DNA of 47,872 bases, taken from the NCBI GenBank assembly GCA_035699625.1, contig DASSPM010000008.1, forward strand, positions 1-47,872, written 5' to 3'. The translations under genes were made by a program, and so were the position numbers. The notes below the pieces were generated by a model. The model had not been told where the DNA came from and did not search any database. It saw nothing but the letters and a program-made list of their open reading frames with translations. Origin of the DNA: Candidatus Limnocylindrales bacterium. GTDB taxonomy: Bacteria > Chloroflexota > Limnocylindria > Limnocylindrales > CSP1-4. How positions within the stretch are numbered: position 1 is the first letter of the stretch; each line of letters begins with the position of its first letter. Below, one piece after another: positions 31,553 to 40,861 of the stretch.

Positions 31553-32233
31553 TCAGACCGCGCTCGCCGTGCTCGCTTCGCCGATCAGCTCGCGGTGCAG
31601 GTCGACCTCGCACTCGGTGCGCGTGATGGCCAGCACCTTGTCGCCCGCCTGGAAGCTGGTCTCCGGCGTGATGGGCTGGGCCACGTCGTCGCGGATGAGC
31701 ACGAACATGGTGCAGCCATCGGGCAGGTCGATGTCCGTCGGGCGGCGCCCGATGGCCGGCGAGTCCTCGGCGATCTGGGCCTCGATGACCTCCAGCTCGC
31801 CGCCCTGCAACTGGGCCAGGTGGAGCAGCTCGTGCACCGGGATGTCCTGCTCGATGGCGCCCAGGATCATGCGCGTCGGGCTGATGATCTCGTCCACGCC
31901 GAGGTGCCGGAAGAGCGGCTCGTTCTTGGGGTTGTTGACGCGCGCGATGGTGCGAGGCACGTCGAAGTGGTGCTTGGCCATCTGGCAGACGACGAGGTTG
32001 TCCTCGTCGTCGCCGGTGACCGCGGCCACGATGGTGGCCCGGTTGGCGCCGGCCTCGGCGAGGTGCTTGCCCTCGCAGCCGTCGCGTGCCAGGACGATGC
32101 TGCCGACCTCGTCGGCGATCTGGCGAGCGCGACCGGGGTCCTTCTCCATGAGCACCAGCTCGTGGCCCGCAGCCAGCAGCTCCCTGGTCAGGTAATAGCC
32201 GACCTTGCCCCCGCCGACGACGATGACGTACAC
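31553..32233 (-). CDS. trkA: TrkA-family potassium uptake regulator (RCK-N + RCK-C)
   Basis: VIVVGGGKVG, AVTGDDEDNLVVCQ, TIARVNNP, C-terminal RCK-C domain. Confidence 0.9.
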   Translation of the reverse strand: MYVIVVGGGKVGYYLTRELLAAGHELVLMEKDPGRARQIADEVGSIVLARDGCEGKHLAEAGANRATIVAAVTGDDEDNLVVCQMAKHHFDVPRTIARVNNPKNEPLFRHLGVDEIISPTRMILGAIEQDIPVHELLHLAQLQGGELEVIEAQIAEDSPAIGRRPTDIDLPDGCTMFVLIRDDVAQPITPETSFQAGDKVLAITRTECEVDLHRELIGEASTASAV

Positions 32234-32235
32234 GC

Positions 32236-32769
32236 TCAGACCTCCTCGCCGACCACACGCGCCGGCGTCACCCGGTCGTCGGCAGCGCCGGTGCCCGCGG
32301 CGACCGCCTCGGGGGCATCGTGATGGTGGTGGGCCGTCGGCATGGCCACGCCCTGCACGCCTTCCTCGCCGGGCATACCGGCGAAACGGGCCAGGGCGTC
32401 CACGAGCATCGTCGTGCGGCAGATGGTGGCCAACCCGAGCGCCGTGTAGGCCTGCGCGCGCACGGGATCGTTGACCTTGGCCACGACGTGCTTGATGCCC
32501 AGCTGCTCCGCTGCCAGCTGCGCCGCCAGCACATTGCGGTTGTCGCCCTCGGTCAGGGCGAAGAACCAGTCGGCGCCCTCGGCGCCCGCGCGGCGGAGGA
32601 CGTCCTCGTCCGTCCCGTCACCCCGGACGGCGGCACCCGGGAAGTCGGGCTCGAGCCGCCTGAAGGCGTCCGTGCTGTGGTCGATGATGGTCACCTCGTG
32701 GCCGCTGCGGGCGAGCGTCTCGGCCAGGCCGGCGCCGACGCGCCCACAGCCCACGATGATGCTGCGCAT
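32236..32769 (-). CDS. TrkA-N (RCK-N only) protein
   Basis: IIVGCGRVG, GDGTDEDVLRRAG, ALTEGDNRN, VAKVNDP; no RCK-C domain, short His-containing tail. Confidence 0.88.
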   Translation of the reverse strand: MRSIIVGCGRVGAGLAETLARSGHEVTIIDHSTDAFRRLEPDFPGAAVRGDGTDEDVLRRAGAEGADWFFALTEGDNRNVLAAQLAAEQLGIKHVVAKVNDPVRAQAYTALGLATICRTTMLVDALARFAGMPGEEGVQGVAMPTAHHHHDAPEAVAAGTGAADDRVTPARVVGEEV

Positions 32770-32778
32770 GTCGTTCTC

Positions 32779-33297
32779 CTAGCGGCGTGTGGGCCGGTCG
32801 CCGTCGGCGCTCGCGCCGACCATCGTCCGGCCGCGCGCGTTGGTCTCGCTGGGCATCGCCTCGCGCACCACGGTCACGGCGCAGGGCGCGTTCTGGAGCA
32901 CATAGGGCACGGTGCGGCCGATGGCGAAGTCGCCCCCGAAGCGCTTTCGGTAGGGCAGGCCGATGATGATCATGTCGGCGCCCAGCTCGCTCGCCTCGTC
33001 GACCAACGCCGCCCCCACGTCGCGTGCCTGGAGCAGGTCCGTCTCGAGCTTCACCTGCTGGCGCTCGGCCACGCCTTCGGCCAGGTCGAGGATGGCCGAG
33101 GCCGCCTCGTCGCGGCCGGCGATGTCCTCGTCGAGGTCGTGCCGCCAGTCCACCTCGACCACGTGCACCGCGATGAGGGCGGCTTTGTAGGGCTTCGCCA
33201 GTTCGCATGCGAAGCGCACCACGAGCTCGTCGGTCGGCCCGCCGTTGAGGCCGAGGACGGCTCGCTCGAACGGGCCCTCGCCCGTGTTCTCAGCCAT
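32779..33297 (-). CDS. Universal stress protein (USP)
   Basis: AVLGLNG...LIAVHVVEV, ADMIIIG, GRTVPYVLQNAPCAVTVVR. Confidence 0.88.
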   Translation of the reverse strand: MAENTGEGPFERAVLGLNGGPTDELVVRFACELAKPYKAALIAVHVVEVDWRHDLDEDIAGRDEAASAILDLAEGVAERQQVKLETDLLQARDVGAALVDEASELGADMIIIGLPYRKRFGGDFAIGRTVPYVLQNAPCAVTVVREAMPSETNARGRTMVGASADGDRPTRR

Positions 33298-33357
33298 CGC
33301 CGGAAGGGTACCATCGGCGCCCCTCGCGGCCGCAGCCTTCGGCTCGGCCGCCGCCTC

Positions 33358-35367
33358 TCAGTGCTGTTGCGTCTCGCGCCGGTAGGGCACCGTGGCCACC
33401 ACCGTGTGCGGCCGCCCCAGCAGCGCCTGCTTGAGCTGGTTGGCGACCTGGTTGTAGAGCAGCCGCTCCCACCAGTGCCGGCCCACGTACTCGGGCACGA
33501 CGACGATGGTGATGGTGTCGGGCTCGTTGGCCGGCGCGGCCACGTCGAGGTAGGCCACGAAGGGGTTGATGAGCGCCCGATAGGGTGACTCGACGATGAC
33601 CAGCGGCACGCCGGGGATCTGGCGTTCCCAGTCGCGGCGTAGGTCGGCCACGCTCTCGGCATCCTCGGTGACATGCACGCCGCGCACGTCCTCTGCCACC
33701 GAGCGGCCGAAGTTGATGGCCTGCACCACCGCCCGGTTGAGCCCGGGCACGGGCACGATGACACGCTCGCGGCGGTGAGGCGGACCGATGACCTGGTCCG
33801 GCCGCAGCGCCAGCTCCTGCGCCTGATGGTCGTACTGCCGGCGCACGAAGAGCATCAGCCCCACGAGCACCGGGATGAGCACCAGCACGATGAGCGAGCC
33901 GGGCGCCTTGGCCAGCGTGACGATGACCGCCACCGTGCCCGTCAGCGCGGCGCCGAACGAGTTGATGGCCAGCCGGTACCACCAGCCGCGCGAGCGCTCG
34001 CGCAACCAGTGGCGGACCATGCCTGACTGGCTGATGGTGAAGTCGATGAAGACGCCCACCGCGTAGAGCGGGATGAGCAGGTGCGTCTCGCCCCGGAAGA
34101 GTGTCACCAGCCCCGCGGCCACGATGCCCAGGATGACGATGCCCAGCGTGAACGCCAGGCGGTCGCCCCGGAACGAGAACTGGCGCGGCATGTAGCCGTC
34201 CTCGGCCAGGATGGCCGCCAGGCGCGGGAAGGCGTTGAAGCTGGTGTTGGCGGCCAGGAAGAGGAGCAGCGCCGTGAAGGCCTGGAAGAGGAAGAAGGGG
34301 ATGGTGCCCTCGCCGTAGACCCGACCGGCGACCTGGCTGATGACCGTCCGGACCTGGGGATGCTCCACGTGCGTGATGCCGAAGTTGACGGCCAGGAAGG
34401 TGATGCCGATGAAGAGCGTGGCCAGCAGCGCGGCCATGATCATCAGCGTCGTCGCGGCATTCTTCGATTCGGGCGGCTTGAAGGCGCGCACGCCGGTGGC
34501 GATGGCCTCCGTCCCGGTCAGCGCGACCGAGCCGGCGGCGAAGGCGCGCAGCAGCAGCAGGAAGCCCACGGCCTCGAGCGTTCCCGCCGTCGCCTGGACC
34601 TGCTGCTCGGTGTAGGGCGTCCGCTCGCCGAGGACGACGATGCGGTAGGCGCCGATGCCGATCATGAGCAGCGCGCTGAAGAGGAAGAGGTACGTCGGCA
34701 GGGCGAAGATGTTGCCCGCCTCGCGGATGCCGCGCAGGTTGCCGAGGGTGATAAGGCCGATGGCGGCGGCGCCGATGAGCACCCGCTCGTCGACCAGGGA
34801 GGGCACCGCGGAGGTGATCTGCTCGACCGCCGAGGAGGTCGAGACCGCGACCGTCATGACGTAGTCGATGAGCAGCGCCGAGGCCGCCACCAGCGATGCC
34901 ATCCGTCCGAAGTTGCGCTTCGAGACGGAGTACGAGCCGCCGCCCGTGGGGTAGGCGTAGACGACCTGGCGGTAGCTGATGGCGACCACGGCCAGCAGCA
35001 CGGCGATGGCGATGCTGACCTGCAGCCCGAGGACCAGGGCCACGACACCGCCGAGGACCAGCACGCGCAGGATCTCCTCGGTGGCGTAGGCCGAGGAGCT
35101 GATGGCGTCCGAGCTGAAGATGGCCAGCGCCTTCTTCTTGGAGAGCCGCTCCTCGAGGTCCTGGTCGGAGCTCAACGGCCGGCCCAGCACGAAGTGGCGG
35201 AACTGCGCCCAGAGGCGCGCCACCGGGCGGCGTTCCTCGTGCGCCTTCTCCTTGGCCACCAGCACGCCCGGCGCGGCGTAGCGGAAGTACTCGGCATGGG
35301 GACGCTCCACGCGCACACGCCGGTCGCCCGGTTTGCGTCCGCTGAGGGGCCGCCGACCGCCGATCAC
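33358..35367 (-). CDS. APC-family transporter, KimA/YdaO-like (probable K+ transporter)
   Basis: IFSSDAISSSAYATEE, SYRQVVYAYPTGGGSY, LLIDYVMTVAVS, ALTGTEAI, ANTSFNAFP, GDRLAF; cytoplasmic C-terminus VESPYR...WWERLLYNQ. Confidence 0.85.
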   Translation of the reverse strand: MIGGRRPLSGRKPGDRRVRVERPHAEYFRYAAPGVLVAKEKAHEERRPVARLWAQFRHFVLGRPLSSDQDLEERLSKKKALAIFSSDAISSSAYATEEILRVLVLGGVVALVLGLQVSIAIAVLLAVVAISYRQVVYAYPTGGGSYSVSKRNFGRMASLVAASALLIDYVMTVAVSTSSAVEQITSAVPSLVDERVLIGAAAIGLITLGNLRGIREAGNIFALPTYLFLFSALLMIGIGAYRIVVLGERTPYTEQQVQATAGTLEAVGFLLLLRAFAAGSVALTGTEAIATGVRAFKPPESKNAATTLMIMAALLATLFIGITFLAVNFGITHVEHPQVRTVISQVAGRVYGEGTIPFFLFQAFTALLLFLAANTSFNAFPRLAAILAEDGYMPRQFSFRGDRLAFTLGIVILGIVAAGLVTLFRGETHLLIPLYAVGVFIDFTISQSGMVRHWLRERSRGWWYRLAINSFGAALTGTVAVIVTLAKAPGSLIVLVLIPVLVGLMLFVRRQYDHQAQELALRPDQVIGPPHRRERVIVPVPGLNRAVVQAINFGRSVAEDVRGVHVTEDAESVADLRRDWERQIPGVPLVIVESPYRALINPFVAYLDVAAPANEPDTITIVVVPEYVGRHWWERLLYNQVANQLKQALLGRPHTVVATVPYRRETQQH

Positions 35368-36086
35368 AGGCCGTGGCTCAGGCGTTCGATGAGGCGCGGC
35401 GGCAGGCCGGCCTGGCGCATCAGGCGCTGTGTCTCGGCCACGTCGTACTCGACGCGCCGCCAGGTGACCGTGGCGGCCTCCGTGTCGATGAGCAGCGCCG
35501 AAGCGCGCGGATCACCGTCCCGCGGCTGCCCGACGCTACCGGGATTGATCATCGTGCGCCGCCCATCGAGGCTGAGCGTCGAGCCGTCGGACGGGGCCAG
35601 CGTCTCCAGCACGCCGTCCTCCTCCCGGAAGACGAGCGGTACATGGGTGTGGCCCACGAGGCAGTGCCTCGTCTCGAATGCGTCGAGGTTGGCGCGGGCG
35701 ACCGGGGTCGAGTAGAGGTACTCCCAGACGGGGTCGCGCGGGCTGCCGTGCACGAGCGTGAAGCCGGCCTCGACGTGGCGCTCCGGCAGCTCCGCCAGCC
35801 AGGCGCGGCTCGACTCAGAGAGCTGGCCGGCTGACCAGAGGACGGCGGTCCGGGCGTCGTCGTTGAACCAGTCGGCATCGATGCGCCCGAGCGCAGCGGC
35901 GTCGTGGTTGCCGCACACGCCGAGCGCGCCCTCGTCCCGCAGCCTGGCCACGACCGCATCCGGCTCGGGACCGTAGCCGACGATGTCGCCGAGCTGCCAG
36001 ATGGCGTCGTAGGGCGCGAGGGCTGCGAGGACTGCCGCGAGGGCGGGCACATTGCCGTGGATGTCCGAGAGGACAGCGATGCGCAT
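35364..36086 (-). CDS. Calcineurin-like metallophosphoesterase
   Basis: SDIHGN, LGDIVGYG, GNHD, VHGSP, VGHTH, NPGSVGQPRDGDPRAS. Confidence 0.92.
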   Translation of the reverse strand: MRIAVLSDIHGNVPALAAVLAALAPYDAIWQLGDIVGYGPEPDAVVARLRDEGALGVCGNHDAAALGRIDADWFNDDARTAVLWSAGQLSESSRAWLAELPERHVEAGFTLVHGSPRDPVWEYLYSTPVARANLDAFETRHCLVGHTHVPLVFREEDGVLETLAPSDGSTLSLDGRRTMINPGSVGQPRDGDPRASALLIDTEAATVTWRRVEYDVAETQRLMRQAGLPPRLIERLSHGL

Positions 36087-36093
36087 GCGCCGG

Positions 36094-36873
36094 TCAGGAT
36101 AGCGAGCGCGGGACGACCACGACCCGATGGCCCTCCAGGCCGGGCAGTCGCACCTCGTGGACGCGGGGTTCCCCACCGCCCAGGCGGCCCAGCACGGGAC
36201 GGGTAGCGGCCACCTCCCGATCCAGCTGCGGGCCGCCGCTCTTCCAGGCCAGCAGGGCGCCGCCGGGCGCGAGCAGGGGCAGGGCAAGCTCCGCCAGCTG
36301 GGGCAGCCCGGCCACGGCGCGGGCCGTGACCAGCGGCCAGCGGGCGGCGTGCTCTGCCCGTGCGGCAAGGCCCTCGGCCCGCTCGGGCAGCACGTCGATC
36401 TCGGGTGGCTCCTCGCCGGCGTCGCGCAGCGCGAGGCCCGCCGCCGCCGCTGCCACCGCCAGGAAGCGAGCCTTCTTGGTCGTCGACTCGACCAGCGCCA
36501 CGCGGCGGACCGGCAGGGCCAGCGCCAGGGGCAGGCCGGGGTAGCCGCCGCCGCTGCCGATGTCGAGCAGGCCGTCGGGTCCGGGCCGCGGCAGGTCGTG
36601 CAGCATCGGCAGGGCGCTGAGGCTGTCCGCGACGTGTCCCAGGGCCACCTTCTCGGGCGTTCGCAGCGCGGTCAGGTTGATGGCCTCGTTCCAGGCCAGG
36701 AGCAGTCGAGCCTGCGCCTCGATCGCCGCGCGCACGCCGGGCGACAGGACGATGCCGAGCGCGTCCAGCAGCGGGTCGAGGGCCGCCTGGAACGAGGCGG
36801 GCAGCGCCGGCAGCATGGACGGATCGGTCGGCAGCGGCGCCCGGGATGCCGACGGGAGCGGCTGCCGGCCCAT
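36094..36873 (-). CDS. rsmG: 16S rRNA m7G527 methyltransferase
   Basis: WNEAINLTA, HVADSL, LDIGSGGGYPGLPL, VTARAV; start uncertain (36873 or nearby). Confidence 0.9.
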   Translation of the reverse strand: MGRQPLPSASRAPLPTDPSMLPALPASFQAALDPLLDALGIVLSPGVRAAIEAQARLLLAWNEAINLTALRTPEKVALGHVADSLSALPMLHDLPRPGPDGLLDIGSGGGYPGLPLALALPVRRVALVESTTKKARFLAVAAAAAGLALRDAGEEPPEIDVLPERAEGLAARAEHAARWPLVTARAVAGLPQLAELALPLLAPGGALLAWKSGGPQLDREVAATRPVLGRLGGGEPRVHEVRLPGLEGHRVVVVPRSLS

Positions 36874-37110
36874 CGACGCGCGCTCCTCGTGCGCTGCGGT
36901 CGATGCTCGGGCCGGTCGCCGCTCCCGACGACGAGAGTCGTTTCGCACCGGACCTTTCAGTCTTCCGCAGCCCGTCTGGTCTCCGGCCGGGTCACCCCGA
37001 CCGCCTCGCGGGCCACGTTACCCTACTCGGTCGCCCGGCGCCGCCCTCTGCGGCGCCGCGCGGTGCAGGTCCCGTATGCTCGGCGTCCTGCAGCCGGCGG
37101 GTCAAGCGGC

Positions 37111-37151
37111 TTATCCACGAATCGGCCGCTCACCGCGCATGTCGTGGATAA
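37111..37151. promoter_or_regulatory. Two inverted DnaA-box-like sequences (TTATCCACG)
   Basis: TTATCCACGA at 37111-37120 and TCGTGGATAA at 37142-37151; each is 8/9 identical to TTATCCACA. Confidence 0.5.
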
Positions 37152-37234
37152 CCGTCACCCGGCGGGCCGGGCGCTGTGGACGTGCGCCCACGGCGCAGTG
37201 CCCGGGCAGTGCGCCGACCCGGGGGCGGACGCGC

Positions 37235-38872
37235 TCAGTCGGCCAGGGCGAGGACGCCGTCGACCGGCCGAAGCCGACGCAGGCGGAGCCCGGCCAGCGC
37301 GCGGCCGGCGGGCAGGAGCGACGGCGCCGGTCGGGCGGGCGCCAGGACGAGCTCGGGCGTCGCGGGCGCAGCGGCCACCTCGGGCGTCTGTGCCAGCCGC
37401 AGCCCCTCGGCAGCCAGGGCGCGTTGGAGGGCCTGCCGCACGAGCTCCGGCTCCACGCCGGGCCGGGCCGGCAGGGCGAGCACGAAGGTCGAGCCGCGGC
37501 CCAGTTCGGAGGCGACATCGAGATCGCCGCCCATGGCCCGCGCCAGCTCTCTGGCGATGGTCAGGCCGAGGCCGCTGCCGGTGATGCGCGTCACCCCGGC
37601 GGTGCGGTAGAAGCGCTCGAAGATGCGCGCTCGATCCTCGTGCTCCAAGCCGGGGCCGTCGTCACGCACGGTGAAGATGGCGGCCGGCCCGTCGAACGCG
37701 AGTTGGACCTCGACGCGGCCGCCGTCGGGCGTGAATTTGACGGCGTTCCCGGCAAGGTTGAGGAGGATCTGCTCCACCCGGCGGCGGTCGGCGAAGACGG
37801 TGCGCAACCGCGAGCCGAGGCTGGCAGCGAGGCGTGTGCCGCGCTGCAGGGCGATGGGCATGAGGCGGTCGAGCACGGTCTGGCCGGCTTCCGCGGCCGA
37901 GAAGGGCCCCGGCTCCATGTCGAGCCGGCCCGAATCGAGGCGGCTCATCTCGAGCAGGTCGCTGACGAGGCTCGAGAGCGTGCCGACCAGGTCGCGGCTG
38001 CGCCCCAGGAACTCGCGCCGGTCGGCCGGATCGGCCACCCGGCCCTCATCGATGAGGTCGAGATAGCCACCCAGGGAGGTGAGCGGCGTGCGCAGCTCGT
38101 GGACCACGGTGCTCACGAACCGGTCACGCTGCGCGTCGCGGGCGCGCAGTTCAGCGAGGTCGCGCTCGTCGAAGTAGTGCCGCGTGGCGGTGGCCAGGGC
38201 GGCGGCAGCGTGCCGCGCCATGGCCGGTGTCATGGCTGCCATGCCGGCCTCGGCACGGGCCCGGCTGGAGAAGACGAGCCCGAGCGTCGAGTGGCCGCCG
38301 GGCACCGATACCAGGCGCTGGTGGGGTCGTGCCGGGAAACGGCGAGCGGGGCTGCGCCCGTGGGCGCCGATGAGGGCCACTTCGGCTGGCGGCTGGGTGG
38401 CGCGCATGGCGCGCGGTCGCGGCGAGCCGGCGTCAAGCCAGGCGGCGAAGGCCTCGGCGGCCCCACGCTCGCTGGCGGCCGCGATCACGACGATGCGTCG
38501 ATCTCCCCCACGCGAGCCCTCGGCTAGGACGGCACAGCGGGCCGCACCGACGCTCGAGGCGATGACGTCAAGCAGGCTGGCCAGGCGCTCCTCTGCCGGC
38601 CGGTCGGCGGCGAGGGCGTCGAGCGAGTGGGCCAGCAGGTTGGTCTCGGTCTGGAGGGCCCGGTCCGACGCGCGCCGCGGCGCGGCGCGGCGGTCCACCA
38701 CGTGCGGCGGCGGCGTGACGCAGGGGATGTGCTGCGAATGGGCCAACTGGCTGGACCTCGTGACGTGGCTGGGTCGTTCCCGGGTGGCGGCGCGCTGACC
38801 CCTCTGGACCACCACGCACCGACCATCCTCTGCCCGACCCTCGCCGGGCGGTATGACCCGGAAGGGGGCCAC
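37235..38872 (-). CDS. Cytoplasmic sensor histidine kinase (HisKA + HATPase_c, degenerate GAF-like N-terminus)
   Basis: VVHELRTPLTSL, QILLNLAGNAVKFT, VRDDGPG, IFERFY, GSGLGLTI; real start probably near 38701. Confidence 0.85.
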   Translation of the reverse strand: MAPFRVIPPGEGRAEDGRCVVVQRGQRAATRERPSHVTRSSQLAHSQHIPCVTPPPHVVDRRAAPRRASDRALQTETNLLAHSLDALAADRPAEERLASLLDVIASSVGAARCAVLAEGSRGGDRRIVVIAAASERGAAEAFAAWLDAGSPRPRAMRATQPPAEVALIGAHGRSPARRFPARPHQRLVSVPGGHSTLGLVFSSRARAEAGMAAMTPAMARHAAAALATATRHYFDERDLAELRARDAQRDRFVSTVVHELRTPLTSLGGYLDLIDEGRVADPADRREFLGRSRDLVGTLSSLVSDLLEMSRLDSGRLDMEPGPFSAAEAGQTVLDRLMPIALQRGTRLAASLGSRLRTVFADRRRVEQILLNLAGNAVKFTPDGGRVEVQLAFDGPAAIFTVRDDGPGLEHEDRARIFERFYRTAGVTRITGSGLGLTIARELARAMGGDLDVASELGRGSTFVLALPARPGVEPELVRQALQRALAAEGLRLAQTPEVAAAPATPELVLAPARPAPSLLPAGRALAGLRLRRLRPVDGVLALAD

Positions 38873-38954
38873 ATCCGGCGGCGGAAGTACCCCCGCGCCA
38901 GGGCGCGCCGTCCGGCGCGGCCGCGGCTGCCTGCTGGCGCCGACGGGCGTGCCG

Positions 38955-39299
38955 TCAGTCGGCGGGAGCGCGTACCCCGCGCACCGGGCGACCCAGCGTG
39001 CGGCGCACGACGTCCATGACCTCCTCGGTGTAGGCCGCGGCGTCGCCTGTCTCGACCGCCGTGCGCAGGCAGCCTGCCACGTGATCCTCCATGACCATGA
39101 GCGAGACGGACTCCACAGCCGCCCGCAGCGCCGCGGTCTGCTGCAGGATGTCGATGCAGTACTCGTCGCGCTCGATCATGCGCGCGATGCCCCGCACCTG
39201 GCCTTCGATGCGCGAGAGGCGGCGCAGAAGCTGGGCACGGTCCTTCGAGTAGCTATGGCGGAAGTCGTGCCGATCGTGATCGGGGCTGGCGGGCGACAT
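38955..39299 (-). CDS. csoR: CsoR-family metal-sensing transcriptional repressor
   Basis: RLSRIEGQVRGIARMIE...YCIDILQQ...DHVAGC (Cys-His-Cys Cu(I) ligand set). Confidence 0.88.
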   Translation of the reverse strand: MSPASPDHDRHDFRHSYSKDRAQLLRRLSRIEGQVRGIARMIERDEYCIDILQQTAALRAAVESVSLMVMEDHVAGCLRTAVETGDAAAYTEEVMDVVRRTLGRPVRGVRAPAD

Positions 39300-39318
39300 C
39301 GTCTGGGGTCCCCTTCGG

Positions 39319-39339
39319 ATACTGGGTGGGAGTATAGCA
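39319..39339 (-). promoter_or_regulatory. CsoR/RcnR-type operator ATACT-GGGTGGG-AGTAT overlapping extended -10 TGCTATACT
   Basis: Inverted ATACT/AGTAT arms around a G-tract at 39319-39335, about 20 nt upstream of csoR; matches the known TACT-G-tract-AGTA pattern. Confidence 0.75.
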
Positions 39340-39403
39340 CCGGCGGCACGGCGATCGGTGTCGACAGGCCGCTCGGGCCGGCGACCGGGTAGACTTGCGG
39401 TCG

Positions 39404-39760
39404 ATGGATGGCGTCGACTGGCTCCGGACCCAGCTGGCCGCCTTCCGATGCGCCGCCTGCGGACGCGCCTACGGGGCCGCCCACATCCGCGTCCTGGCGC
39501 AGCGTGACGAGCTCTTCTTCGTCGACCTGGCCTGCCCGGAGTGTCGCAGCGCAGCCGTCGCCATCGTCAGCGTGGAGCTCGAGGGCGAGGAGGCGCAGCT
39601 GGAGGTCGGCGAGCTCGCCGAGGCGGCCGGCTTCGCCGAGTCCCCGCCCGTGAGCGCCGACGACGTGCTCGAGATGCATGCCTTCCTGCGCCGCTTCGAC
39701 GGCGACTTCCGGCGTCTCTTCGGCCCGCAGGGGCCGGCGGACGACCGGCGCCACGCGTGA
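39404..39760 (+). CDS. Hypothetical Zn-ribbon protein
   Basis: CAAC...CPEC pair; acidic C-terminus DDVLEMHAFLRRFDGDF; TAGACT -10-like hexamer at 39390, 8 nt before the ATG. Confidence 0.75.
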   Translation: MDGVDWLRTQLAAFRCAACGRAYGAAHIRVLAQRDELFFVDLACPECRSAAVAIVSVELEGEEAQLEVGELAEAAGFAESPPVSADDVLEMHAFLRRFDGDFRRLFGPQGPADDRRHA

Positions 39761-40299
39761 GCGGGCGGCCGTTCGCCCACGCCAGCGAGGCCGAGTTGGC
39801 GCGCATCCTCGACTACTACCAGGTCGCCTGGGAATACGAGCCGCGCACCTTCCCCATCCTGTGGAACCTCGAGGGCAAGGTGGTCGAGTCCTTCTCGCCC
39901 GACTTCTACCTGCCTGAGCTCGACCTCTACGTCGAGCTGACCACACTCAAGCAGAGCCTGGTGCGCAAGAAGAACCGCAAGCTACGCCGCCTGCGCGAGC
40001 TCTATCCCGGCATCCGTATCAAGCTCTTCTATGCCAAGGACTTCAAGGCGCTGCTGCTCAAGTACGGGCGCATCGACCTGGAGGCCTCGCTGAGCGGACC
40101 CGAGGGCCAGGCAGGCACCGCCGACGAGTCGGAGCCGGATCGGCCCGACACGAGCCGCATCGGAGGCCCGGTCGAGCCCGAGCTGGTCGCGGCGACTGTG
40201 CTCCCGGTCGCGCACCGCCGGGCGCTGGGGCCCGCAGCCACGCGGCGCGAGCGCAGGCGCCGGGCGCTGCGCCGCGCCGCCCAGCTGAGTGCCGACTGA
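39757..40299 (+). CDS. Hypothetical protein with PD-(D/E)xK nuclease-like motif
   Basis: GTG overlapping the upstream stop; FAHASEAELARILDYY...WEYEP...FSPDFYLPELDLYVELTT. Confidence 0.7.
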   Translation: MSGRPFAHASEAELARILDYYQVAWEYEPRTFPILWNLEGKVVESFSPDFYLPELDLYVELTTLKQSLVRKKNRKLRRLRELYPGIRIKLFYAKDFKALLLKYGRIDLEASLSGPEGQAGTADESEPDRPDTSRIGGPVEPELVAATVLPVAHRRALGPAATRRERRRRALRRAAQLSAD

Positions 40300-40861
40300 G
40301 ATGCGCAGCATCGACCTGCAGGGCGACGTGGCCGAGGTACTCGTCTCCGCGGAGCGCATCCAGTCGAAGGTCGCCGAGCTGGGCGCGCTCATCAGCAGCG
40401 ACTACGCCGACCGCTCGGTGACGCTGGTGAGCGTGCTCAAGGGCTCGCTGCCCTTCATGGCCGACCTGATGCGGGCCATCAGCATCCCCGTGCGCATCGA
40501 TCTCATGGAGGTCAGCTCCTACGGGGGCACCGCCACGGAGACCTCCGGCCTGGTGCGCATCCTCAAGGACCTGAGCTCGTCGATCGAAGGCCTCGACGTG
40601 CTCATCGTGGAGGACATCATCGACACCGGGCTGACGCTCAACTATCTGCTCCGCTACCTGCGTGGCAAGAACCCGCGCACGCTGCGCATCTGCACCCTGC
40701 TCGACAAGCCGGCGCGCCGCCTGGTGGAGATCCCCATCGACTACAAGGGCTTCGAGATCCCCGACCGGTTCGTGGTCGGCTACGGCCTCGACTACGGCGA
40801 GCACTACCGGAACCTGCCTTTCATCGGCGTGCTCAAGCCCGAGGTCTATACCAGCTCGTGA
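40289..40861 (+). CDS. hpt: Hypoxanthine phosphoribosyltransferase
   Basis: VLKGSLPFMADL, VLIVEDIIDTGLTL, LLDKP, FVVGYGLDY...YRNLP; start 40289 or 40301. Confidence 0.96.
   Translation: MPTEMRSIDLQGDVAEVLVSAERIQSKVAELGALISSDYADRSVTLVSVLKGSLPFMADLMRAISIPVRIDLMEVSSYGGTATETSGLVRILKDLSSSIEGLDVLIVEDIIDTGLTLNYLLRYLRGKNPRTLRICTLLDKPARRLVEIPIDYKGFEIPDRFVVGYGLDYGEHYRNLPFIGVLKPEVYTSS

Noticed and set aside
35367-37230. c-di-AMP (ydaO) riboswitch for the KimA-like gene; oriC or parS near rsmG
   Set aside because: The transporter start overlaps the upstream gene, leaving no leader. No AT-rich unwinding element, dnaA/parAB or GTTTCACGTGAAAC site was seen.
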